DNA of 64,000 nucleotides from Lingula anatina (lineage: Eukaryota; Animalia; Brachiopoda), in NCBI GenBank assembly GCA_051362555.1, contig CM120640.1:67868788-67932787 (forward strand), written 5' to 3'. The notes beneath the pieces are model-generated. The model was not told the DNA's origin. It was given only the letters and a program-made list of their open reading frames with translations, and ran no database searches. Position numbers and translations under genes: made by a program. This document shows, piece after piece, positions 39,501-51,500 of this stretch. Numbering within the stretch: the first letter of the stretch is position 1; each line of letters opens with the position of its first letter.

Positions 39501-42500
39501 TGGGATATCTTTTTATCTTTCATTGTTGATTCCTTTCAAGTTTTATGAAAGGACATGCCTTTCTTACAAAATTTCAGAAGTTGCATTAGGTGTATCAGGC
39601 AGCATACTCTTTAAAAACAATTTCATTTATTGAATTTCAAAATGAAGAAGTAATTTTGTTTCTTCTTTGGTGGCTATCATGTTTATGAATTTCATGCATT
39701 TCTTGCATTGTTATAGAAACTATATAAAACTATTTTGAAACATTTGAGGGAATGTTGTTTTCATTTAAACATGTCACTTCCTTCCTGTGAGCACTTATGC
39801 TTAAAATGTTTAAGGAAATGTTTCTTGAGTAAAGAAGAAAACCATTGTTTACATTTCAACTTCTACATAATGATTCTTTCAGTGCCCTGTACATTAAAAA
39901 CAAAGCTGCGTGGAGGAAGTGCTTGTCCAAACATGACGTAGGATGAAATCAAGAAAGCACTCGTCCAATGTTTAACTTGATAGATGTCGGAAGGCTGCTG
40001 GCATTATGGTCAGTGACGTTCTTTTCATGTAAGTGTAAGTATTACACATGTCACGCAATTCATTAGTTCCTTCGTTTTGTTTGAATTGTTTGGTTCATGC
40101 TCTTCACATGATATTTGCTCACAGGACTTCTGAGTATGAATGAATCATGGTATCCTTGTACTATCTTGTGCTTTAGGGATAAGCACACTTGTCTTACTTT
40201 GCATGTTCCAAAAAGGAAAAGTATATGCTGTCCCTTTAAGAATTTGTGTAGATCTGAAACATTGCCAGTTTTTAGAAATTGGGAATTTTTCCTAAAAAAA
40301 TTGAAGAGGAAGTGTGTCCTTTCAAGCTCTTGTTTAACTTCCATTATTTACTTGTTGCAAAAATGTCGCTGTGTTTGAATTTAGATTAGCTGGCAAGATT
40401 GATTATCATCTACTTCAGGTACATATTTGCTCAAAATCAAAATATAAACTAAAACATTCCCTGGCACAACAGAGGTAAACGTATTGATGTGAGACAGAGA
40501 GATCAGTAAATGATTTAATTTTTCCAACACAAAACGGAAGATAAAGGCAAAGACGGGCTGATAATACAAATCAAAATAAAGATTTTTAAACAGTTGGGGT
40601 GACCTATTTGCCCTTGAACATTATTTTCAATTGAAAAAGCTTTAATAACAAAGATGAAAAGAAAGTACGCCCCTAGCATGAGATAAGGTGCGTGCGGTGC
40701 ACATGTTCAGCTGTAATATGTGAGGCACAAGTGATGTATCCAGGAGATGGAGAAAGTATTTTAATAGCGTCAAAAGATATGAGCTGAAAAATCACCTGAT
40801 TTTTAGAGTTATGCACATTACGTTTTGAGCTACATTTTAGGCGGATCTCTTCATTGTGATTCTTCTTTTAACGGATGTATAGATTGAGATGAGATCTAGT
40901 CACGCTTCTTTACTTTTTAATTGAAAAGCAGCAGACAAGTTGGAGGAGGGGTAATTCATGGGTGTTGTGAAATGTAAAGGGTGGGGGCGGGTTATGTAAA
41001 AGGAGGTTGATTAAGTGATAAATTATGATTTGTGTGAACTTGCCTGGTGGAATGTCTTATTTGATCTTTGAAATTTAAATTTTAAAATTTCTTTTAAATT
41101 CAAATAAAAATTGTGAGCCAGTGTAATGTATGAATGCTTGTAATAATGTTTAATTCCTTCCTTTTTGAAAAAATGGGAGTATAACATACAGATAAAGATA
41201 AGTTATATAGGTCCAACATTCTTCTAATATTGTCTGTTGACAGTCTCATGTGAATAAGGTAAATTTAATGGGGACACTTTCAAGTTTAAATGTCAAGTTT
41301 GAAATGAAATAATAATTAAAAGTTTACATGTGATTTATAGTAGATCAAAGAATGTGGTTGAGTATGGAATGTTAAGTATGTCAAAGCAGTTAAAGCAGGT
41401 GGTTTCCAGGTGTTTTGTCCTTCTAAATTTAGAGCTCCTGGTAATTACATTTGTAAGAGATAATTGCCTTGAATCTACCTGTAGTAGTAGCTAGGAATGT
41501 GCATTATCCCCCATGCTACACTGTTACTTGCGTAAGGGCACTGCCGGTAAAGAGCAAACAGTTTTGTTTCCAACTTCCAACAGGTGAAGAAGGAGAAAGT
41601 ATCAGGGTGTTGGAGAGGGTTAAGGACAAAGAGAAGTAGAGGAGCAGAAATTCATAACAAATTTTGATTTTATAAAGCATAAGAAAAAGCTTGGTGTTCA
41701 ATATGTTTATAAGATAGTGACCTCGACTTTTGAAATTTAATTTTTCTTTTCTGTATCGTGGCCTTTCAGAAAAAAAAACAAATGCAAGGCAGGTAATCCT
41801 ATAAGTATTTATTATGTAAATTTAATAGTCAGCCACAAGGCAGTAAGATATATTTCAACATTGAAATTCAAAAAGCACATCTTAATTTGTAAAACGCCTA
41901 AACGTGTTAGGGATTGGTCTGTCATAGGTTTGATATTCTAGTCTGTTAGTGCAAAATTAATTTTGGCCTGCTCTTGTAAAGTCGTAAGTTCAATAATCCT
42001 CACCAGATAGCTGAAAAGGTCAAATATATCAGAAAAGGCAAAAAAATATTTAAATTTCTTATCGTTATGAGCCAAACTAAATAATCAATATGCAATTGGC
42101 AAAATTTAACATAGCCAGCAGGAGTCTAATTTTGACAAAAATGCCAGAAGAAATAAGGTGTCCGGCAGCCTCACCTCACCATTCTTAATAAGAACAGCGG
42201 AGGTCTGCAATTTATTCCTATCGTGATGGTCATTTGATATTAATCATCTCATTGGTTGCAGGGTGCAGCGTGGTGATGAAATACTTGTATGTCTCCGTAC
42301 AGAGATATGTCGCCAAACCCCCCAAGTATTACTGAATAGACCTGAGTATGATATGTAGAATTTGAAATGCAATATTCACTAGAGTGAATATCAATTTAAA
42401 CCTTGCTTTTAAAACTGCTTATTATTTCAGCTTCAGCTTGCCAATATGTAATATGTACAGACAGCTAGTTTCTTCATGTCTGCCATGATTCATGTGTTCT

Positions 42501-45500
42501 GAAGACCCGGCTCACTTGTCACCTCATATATTGCTGTAATCAGTATTTGATCACTCCAATGTAATGTTCAAGGCATCAGTGATATATTAAATAAATTGTA
42601 TTTACCGGATGTCAGATGTGGTATTAAAGGATTTCAATATCAAGATGTAAGGACTGGTAAATGTTCATGACAGATAAGGGAGTCTAATGTCCTTCTTCCT
42701 ATAAAGTCTCACCACTAGAACAGATAGAATATTGTTTACATGTGTAAATGGCTTGTAAGCCACCCTTGTAAAATGTAACCTCGACATGGTTCTATCTTAT
42801 AACAGTTGTTATGAGACATACATATTTTAGTGAGGGCAAAGATAGGATGGGGTCAAATACGGCCCACATTTTGACAGCTCTATACCCATGTTTGCATTAC
42901 ACAACAAAATGGCATTCAATAAAACTGATCAGGCAGTTTGAACTGTCAATTACTGATTTGAGGTGAGAGACATACATTCAGGCGACCAGCCAACCTTGAA
43001 GAAATCTGACCCCGTTTTACACCACTTGACTTCTCTCATTAAAAATCTTATTAAGTTTTCTTGCCTGGAGAAGAGAGGCAGCCACCTCAGTGACTAATTT
43101 CTACTTATCCGTGGCCAACTCCAGTTCTTGATTAGGAGTTGCCTTGGGCTTGTTGTTAACTGGGGCATAATTAGGCGTAGTTTATGTCATACAAGCAGGT
43201 AATTATAGGTATGTCATAGGAAGGTGCTGCCCCAGAAGAGGGTGGAAGCTACCAGAGCACAGTACATCCCTCCAAGGCTTTGTAACTATTGAAAATTATA
43301 GCTTTTTCATTACCAGTTTTCTCCAGAAAACCAATTTACAAGACCAGAGTGTATTGGGATAATTCAGGGAGTGGGTCCCTCATTTTCCATACCCTACATT
43401 CTTCCAATTTTGTGTATAGAAAGTCCTAATGAGACATCATGACGTGCTCTTCCTTATTCTGATGGTTACAGATACCCCGCGATTAAATAGGAGAGCGCAC
43501 CTCTAGCTGATAACACTGTAATTCATAATATTACAGGAAAATTGACACTTCTCTCTATTATAACATATCTTGTGGGATGAGAGCGTTGTCTGGAGAAAGT
43601 GATAAGTGATAATCAGATGCAGTATGGAACTTTGGGGGAATAATTGCATTTCTCTCATTTCCGACCAGACAGCCTGTTTTATTATTATGTGTAGCGGGGG
43701 TCTTTCAGTTGATAATGGAGTGAGCAGGGAGGGGAGTTATTACTTGATTGGGAAACTAGGTTGCGGAAAGACATTTTATTGCCTTTTTATGATGCATTTA
43801 CCATTATCTTTTCTCTATATTTAACATTATACTATCTTAATTTTAAGGAAGCCTGAAAGAAATTTACAGGCGTATGTAAAGGTGTGCATAAAAATCCTTT
43901 GTACAAAAATACCAATTAAAAAAAAAGAGAATTAAGTCCAGTACCTTGATGTTATAGTGGCTACTTAAATGGCTTTGTTCACTTTCATTTTTGACTATTG
44001 AAGAACAAATATAGGGTTTTACCCTTCTTTGTATCATATTTGCTGTTTATACACATGCCTACACAAATTGTATTTTTGTTTGCAAACTTCTGTGAGAACA
44101 AATTGTATCAGAGTCAATTGTAATTCTAAAGTTTTAGATTTAGTCATTTTAGTTCTTAATATTTCCCTTATATAAAAGGCCACAAGAGGGCACGGCTGTG
44201 GCGTGGCTATAGAAAAACTACTACTGATACAATTCCTACTACATGTACATGGTTTTATGAATGGATAATTTCCTACAGGTGGAAGTGTTTTTATGCGAGT
44301 ACTTTTTTATGTATGAAAGACCAGCATTTATGTGATTATTGTTTTAGCAAACATACTTGTTCTATATATAGGTAGCAGTTTTTGTAGGGCTTTTAGAAAG
44401 AAAACTTTATGCAGTGCTATTCAAGAGGTGTCCAGAAACTGCAACAAGAAAAACATGGCAACATTTTGGTAACAACATATTTCAAAATAAACTGTTTTTG
44501 TTATTTCTAACCCAGCATAGCCTTGATTTAGAAAAATGATTTGTGGTTCTTTATATTTATAAAATTAGTTAAAATAACAACCCCTCACACGACCTGCACA
44601 GCTATTTCGGTGTTGTAAACATAGTGAATAGTGTATCTTTCCCTCCTGTGCTTCTTAGTTATTGAAACCTTGCAAGATTGGAAGTTATTTCATTTCAACT
44701 AGCAAGGAAATCAGTATTTTCTAATTATGCCCAAGGTCTAGTTGTTGTTAAGTGTGATCACCTTGGAGTAGGAAAGGAATGCTCACCTGTGGTTGTAACC
44801 CAGACATATTACTTAACAGCTAGCACCCAGGACCTCCATTATTATAGCAGCTATTCTAATCAACCTGGGATGTTTTTCCCATTAAGGGTGAGGGTGGGTG
44901 TTGTCTTTTGACAGTTTATTGTGAGGTACTGTATTTGGAATTTGTTTTCTTATTTTTGCATCACTTCTGTGAACCATATAACGGGATTGTGTTGTGAATT
45001 ACCCTCTGTTCCAACCATAAGCTGCACAATGTATGAAGTTATTACTGGCTCATTAGCAGATCAACAGCTAAACCAATTACATGTGTAAACATTACCTTTG
45101 ACTTTCTGCACAAACAAAACAGGTGCTGACTACAAAAGTTGTGGCAATTTTATACTTAGTCACAAGTGACATTATTTTATTGGTACAAATTAGTACCCTT
45201 GTTTCATTGTTGGGTGTTTATTTTCAACTTGTGAGTGGTGACTTTTCCCGGCGGCTGACCTCACTGCTGTAGCCATGTCTAGCAGTCTTGGGCAGGTACA
45301 TTTACTAATTGTTACATATAATTACAGATTCAGTTGACTTGAGAAATGAATTTTGAAACTAATCTGTCTTCAATCGCTGATAAAAAAGATCTTGTTGTGG
45401 CAGTAATGGCTAGCTATTGATTATTGTATGCAAGATAATTTGATATTGAGTACTTCTTATAACTTAATTCTCGCTCCATCAAAATTTGATTACCGCTTCA

Positions 45501-48500
45501 TCAGATCTGACCCAGACAGTTCAGACAGTGGATGAACTTTTTTTGTCGTACTTTGGATGCTGGTTGCAACTCCCAGATGAATGTATGTCTGGGTTCTCAT
45601 TAACAGAAAAAATGTACAGAATTGGGAGCAAAGAAAAAAAGTGAAGGCCACAGTTATTTGGTTTTTTTTCCTAACTCTCCAATACTGTTAGAGCTGTTTG
45701 TTTTGGATATGGCAAAGCTCCAGAATGAAGTTGTTCATTGATTAATTAATAACCACGCCTTTCGTGACGAACTCGAACCTTTCCCCTGGCCTCTCAGATC
45801 AGGCATGAAATGACAAAACTACACAGCCACACCATTCCATACTTTTTGACATATCACTGCAGCATACAGCACTTTATTCATTTGTTCGAAACCCCATTGA
45901 TTTGAAGAAATCAATATGAGAAATTATTAAAGTTTTCAAACACTTGGCTGGATGTATTTTAAGCCCCCAAATTGCTTATGTACTAAATTTCCTTGTCATT
46001 GAATTGCAAATCTGTGAAGAGTAGGCCATCAAGTGATTTGCAAGTCATGGGGGTTCATTTGTGTGGGTGAGGACATTTATTTTTATTACTATTTATTTAA
46101 TTTAGGAAAATCAGTAGCACAGAATTTCATTGCAATCTGTGAGAAAAATCTTTTAGTCAATGGAAATTTCGGTAAAAAAATTGAAAAGGAAAAGCAATCA
46201 AATATTTCAAATATCATTTTCTCTATTTTTTCATCTTTCTCTATACAATTTTTGACACAAAATTTTCTTCTCTTTGTTTTTTAATTTGTTAAGAGCTATA
46301 AAGAAGAAATATACACCAGTACATGCAGTTGTGTTGGCAAAATTAATAGTCTGAAAACGGAGTATTTTTGGTAGTTATATTCATAATTTGTCACTCCCTG
46401 TCAGTCAAATTCAGACTTGTATTTCTTTGCATGTAGGGGTCAGGATTCACCATGTTATAGCATAAGTGGTAACAAGCAGTGTATTAAAATGGTGTAAGGT
46501 TCACTGGTGCACCTGCTCAAGTGCGTGGCCCTCTGCCTAAACTTAGCTCATGTGGCATTTTCTGAATCTGTGCTACTGCCAATTGGCACTTCTGTGGTTC
46601 TGCTTGGAAGACCTGATGTGCCTTTTTATGGTGATGCGCTCTTATGATTTGTAAAAGTGAAATGTAATTTTCATGGAGATAGGTATGTTTAATAGGGCCC
46701 ACCTTGCCTGTCTTTCCCCTCACCCAAGTTAAAGATATTTAAAAGTCTACATATTCATGATATTCATTGGGGAAAAAATTGGAGAAATTAAGGGGTAATT
46801 TTAGTAGCCTGTTTACTTAGCTGTAGACAGTGATTATGTACCTTGGAATTCAGTCTGTTTTTGAATGCTGCTATGATTGGTTTTTCTGTACAGTTTCACA
46901 TTTTATTTAATTTTACACAATCTTTGTGCTCTCTAGTAGAACTTTATAGATTTCCAATTAATTATGGTAACTTCAGAGATTGTCTGTAGTTTGAACCTTT
47001 GAGGTCATGCTGTATAATGGCCAGTTTGTTGATCAGTGATCTAGCCAGCAGCAAGGTCCTCCTCTTGCCCTTACTGATTGGAGCAGAACAAATAATTCAT
47101 TATAGAATTTGCTTTTTGGCCTTTTGCTTGTTGTTAGTCAATCCTGCGCAAGGCCAATTAAAAGTGCCGACTAAATATTGATTTGTATGTAACATTTGAT
47201 ACAGTCGCCCACTATCAGGATGACACTTGCCGTGAATGGGGCAGGTGCACGTGTGTCAAGTGGAAGCAATATGTTTGTCAATTGTCTGTGTTTTTCTAGT
47301 CTTATACTGATTGTGCAGCCTCTGTTTACATTTCTATTTGTCTCAGCCTTTCTCTATTTCCAAGCAAAATTATTTCATTTATTTCAATCACCTTTGATTG
47401 GCAGTATTGCAAATTGCCAGAGGTCATAAAGGTCGCGCCACTTGCCAATTGCTTACTGACACGAGGCATGTACTGCAAAATTAGAATACAAATTACGACA
47501 GGTAGCAAAAAAGTTAATGAATGGGAATGTTTAAGTTTACAAACAAAAATAACTGGGAATCAATTAGTGGAAGAAACCTCATTTACAACACCTCTATGGG
47601 CTATACAATCAAATGCAGCCAGTGTTTGTTACATATTTACAAGAGATTTAATTCATTTTATAACCAATTGTCCCATATTGTGCCTTAAATGAAAATGCAA
47701 TTTAAACCTATTGTTGTGTGCTCAGTTGTAAATAATTGCAAGTCTAGCAAATTCTTGCTCTTTACTTTCAGGCAGGCACGTCAGCCAAGAAATCACCTGT
47801 TGATCGTATTCAGCGCTCACCCTACCAGGACCTTTGGACTATTTTAAGGGAAATGACGACAAAGCTACAAAACCAGTGTTTGCATTTGTTTTTGTGGTAC
47901 ATTTCTTTGATTGGCCGAGAACATTGTGCGGCCCCATAATGCTATGAGATATGGTCTTGTGTTAGAAACAATAGAGAACATCTTACCGTCAAATCATTGT
48001 TTTGTAACATGGATTTGCACAATCTTATTTAAAATACATTATATTGAAAAGAAGATTATCAAAATATTTACAGTTAGGGAAGTGTGGAGAAAAGAAAATA
48101 AACAGTGTTTGAACGGCTGCACCTTCTTTTTTTACCCATGTCACAGGTCAGCCAGGACACTTTGAGTTCACTTTGCTTAACTGTCACAGAATTTCACCTT
48201 GACTGAATTTCTAAATGGTCTTTAGTAGAGCAGCACTCTTTTGTCCTGGAGAAGTTGGAGGAATGCACTTATGTTGAAAGGAGAACGGTACTGACAATTA
48301 AAGCAAGCTATCATGCTTCTGGTGTAAACTGAATATGTTGTTGTTGTTGTTTTGCTGTTGTTTTGTTGTTGTCGAGGGGTTATTGATACAGTAATGGTAG
48401 TGCTCTCTTACACATTCTAGGATCTAGTCTATGATTTCCCAGTAGAGTTTCTCCCCCTCCAGACCACCTACATCCCTGCTCATTACTGATGACATTGTTC

Positions 48501-51500
48501 ATCTGTCTCTGCCGAAGTCCCCAAGTCTTTCTGATTGTGTTGGATTGGAAGTGACAGAGAATTGAAGGCCAAGATTGAAAGACTGAGAGCATAGTTGGTG
48601 GTCTGTGGTGACAGCAGCCCTGATGAGTCCCTATTCAAGGTCCTTCTGCAATCCACACTGTGTGCATGCTGCACATAATAGCTCCCTCAATACCACTGTG
48701 TAAACTAAGCATTGCTTGAGAGATTCATCACCACTTGGAACCCTCAATAACTGCCATTCACTGCCCGTATTAAATAATCCCAGTGCTGAGCAGGGATTTA
48801 TTGCCACGACCTGTGACAGGTTAACTGTGGGGCGAGGGGGATGCTATCTTTATACGCGTGCATACACGCACGCACACATGAACACAAACATTCAGATGCA
48901 CATTTCTGTGATTTCATGTTACTAGATGTATCATGGCAACTAATAGATAGTAGAATTTTTCTTTATTTTGACCTGTATCTTTTTTTGGTTTTGATGGGAG
49001 CTTAAAGTAAGGAAGTGTCACCTGCCAACATCTTTGGATTGCATTCTTGTTGTAGATTTTGATCAATCAAAATATTAAGTTTTATTTAATATTTGCCCTG
49101 CGACATTTTAGCTACAATGTGCTTGTATGGATATATGAGACCAATAGCGAAAAGATTTAAATCAGTAATGTTATAATGTGCAGCTCGAGTAGATCTCGTT
49201 ACCTTTGAAATACAAACAACCTGAAGACATATACACAATCATGTGGTAACGGTCACCCCAAGACATATGTTGTTGTTTATTTTACAACAGAAAATAATAG
49301 AAATGTTACGTGTCTGTGCTAGTAAAAGAATCCTCCTCCGTGTGGGCATGCGATTGTATGAGTTGAATTCACATCAAAGAGATGTCCGTGTCCTATGGTT
49401 GAGCCAGGAAACTTTGCCATACTACTCACGAAAAACAGAAAAAACTGCCCTGTCCAACGTCCAATTTCTGATAATTAACCTTGTTAATGCACAATTTATT
49501 ACTTTATAGACTACTAAATGCCAACTCGACATTTGACACTTGACTTATAAATGAACAAAAAACGGGGACTTTATCACGCAGACGAGTTAGGAGCGAAGCA
49601 ATAAACTGCTCACATATATGATAGAATGTCAATTGACACAGAAAGGGGAATATAGGAGGAAGGGAATTACCGGCTAGGCCCGCAGACTAACATTCTTTAA
49701 AAGTTCATAATCGCTCATGGTGTAATATTACTGGATTTTCTTTTTTTTTCTGACAGGGTCAACTGACAGCTCCTATTTTTGGAATTTGGAAATAAAAAAC
49801 TTAAGAAGTAATGAAATCAAAATCAATTCCTCTCTACCATCTCCCCCTATTTGATTGAATATGATACAGACTCAGAAAGCGAAAGTTGACACGCAAGAAG
49901 ATGCGCACTTTTTTGGTTTTTGCAAAGTGTTCGTGCTAGAAGATTGAAAAGGCAGTTAAAAACGGATTAACAGTACAAATGCGTCTAATAATGTAAATGT
50001 TGTACTTAAAAACGCGTAAAGAAGTAAACTAATTGCTAAATATTTATAACGAAGTTGGTTTGTTAGATGTGTAATGGCTATAATGTGCACAGCAGAATTG
50101 GCTAATATGTTGAGGCGGCTGTGGGATCTCTGCAAAATAACGGATATATCGTGAACAGTGTAGTTTATGCCTGGATACATTGGCTAGTACGCCAGGACGA
50201 CAGAGACGTACTGTACGCCACAATGCCTTATGCGTAAAGATGCGCCGAGAACGCAAAGATACGTACAGGAATTTATTCTGCAAGGTACCAGTAGACAGAC
50301 ATTTGTATTTCTTGGAGTCTGACCCCGCCTGCTCTGGCTGGCCCGGGCTAGCTGTGATATTCTGAACCCCTGGACTCCGGGTTGTGTGGTGAGACCGCGG
50401 GGTATGGCAGTCATTATAACGAAGAGGACAACAATAACATATATATGAGACACAGCATCGGCACTACATCAACAGAGCAGCCACAAAACCAACAAAGAAA
50501 TGATGTGTGGCTTGGGGATTAGACAGGCAATAAAATCAGAAAGTTAACTTTTTCTGACAAACATTTTGAAAATTATTAAAGGTTGAAATGTTTGCACTGA
50601 TCGTGGTTAGTCGCCGTTAATAATGCGGGTTTCTATACTGATTAAACTCGATACGATTTTGGTTTCGCCTTGCAGCCGCGACTACTTACACAGGCGTGGA
50701 AATCCGCCTCCTACTAAAGCGAAAAAGAAAAGAATAAACCGAGGTAACACCACCTAGGCTAAATCTCACCACTAAAGATCTGATTAATTGTAATTGAAAT
50801 TACCGGATTGGAATACAACAAGCAGGGACATTATTGGCACTACTTTAATTAAAATTCCAAAATATGTGGAAAGTTTAACAAACGGGATTAAATAAATTGA
50901 AATCTAATGAAATGGAACTGTCCTCAAATGAAAGGTAGAACTAAATAGTCAATGTGACAGGGCCTTGTTTGTCCTTTACTTAGACAACCCACCATTCCAT
51001 GACACGGCTAGAGTTTCACGTGTTGGGAATGGGACAAAGTGAAGAAGATAGACCGTACATAGTCATTGTCAGTGTAAGGTCGCCGGAGATTTTCAAACCC
51101 CGACCTTTATAGAGGTAAATGTAAGCCAAGCAATCACGTGGAACGGACATGCTGCACCCGAAGTGAGACGCCACGAAACGTCTTTCTAATCAAGCACGAT
51201 ACACACCCTATCTGATTAGCAATAGTCATTTTCTAAGAGATCAGTGCTTTATCTATGAAAATACTTTTTTCTTTCAATTCTTATTTTATTTCCTTATTCA
51301 TTTTGTGTCAAAAGCAATGTGCGTCTTATTTTCAATTTTAAATAAATTAGATGTGAAATGTGTAAATTCTAAATTTTGGATTTGTTTCTCTCACTTGTGC
51401 GTGCTATGTTCCTTTCAGTGGGTTTTGAGATATGATCCAGGAAGTGTTTACTATCTTGCTACCACGCACCACTCATGTTTTGATTGATCACATGCGGAAG

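Larger units (their letters stand above)
28142..49800 (+). ncRNA. Putative spliced non-coding 5'TOP transcript (snoRNA-host-like lncRNA) divergent from SIL1
   Basis: TCT/TOP motif tCTTTTTCT at 28141-28149, CCGGAAGT at 28173-28180, donors at 28179 or 28195. Candidate ag..gt exons: 29780-29847, 30514-30546, 31656-31724, 34496-34669, 35628-35644/35848, 39165-39298, 39883-40028. Further acceptors at 47771, 48146, 49756 and AATAAA at 49791. No recognisable protein; the span is CpG-depleted. Confidence 0.5.

Noticed and set aside
41360-41385. miR-1-like TGGAATGTTAAGTATG
   Set aside because: Lacks part of the mature sequence and has no convincing precursor hairpin.
50184-50453. 89-aa - strand ORF with a hydrophobic N-terminus
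   Set aside because: GTG start, in-frame stop just upstream, no homology recognised.
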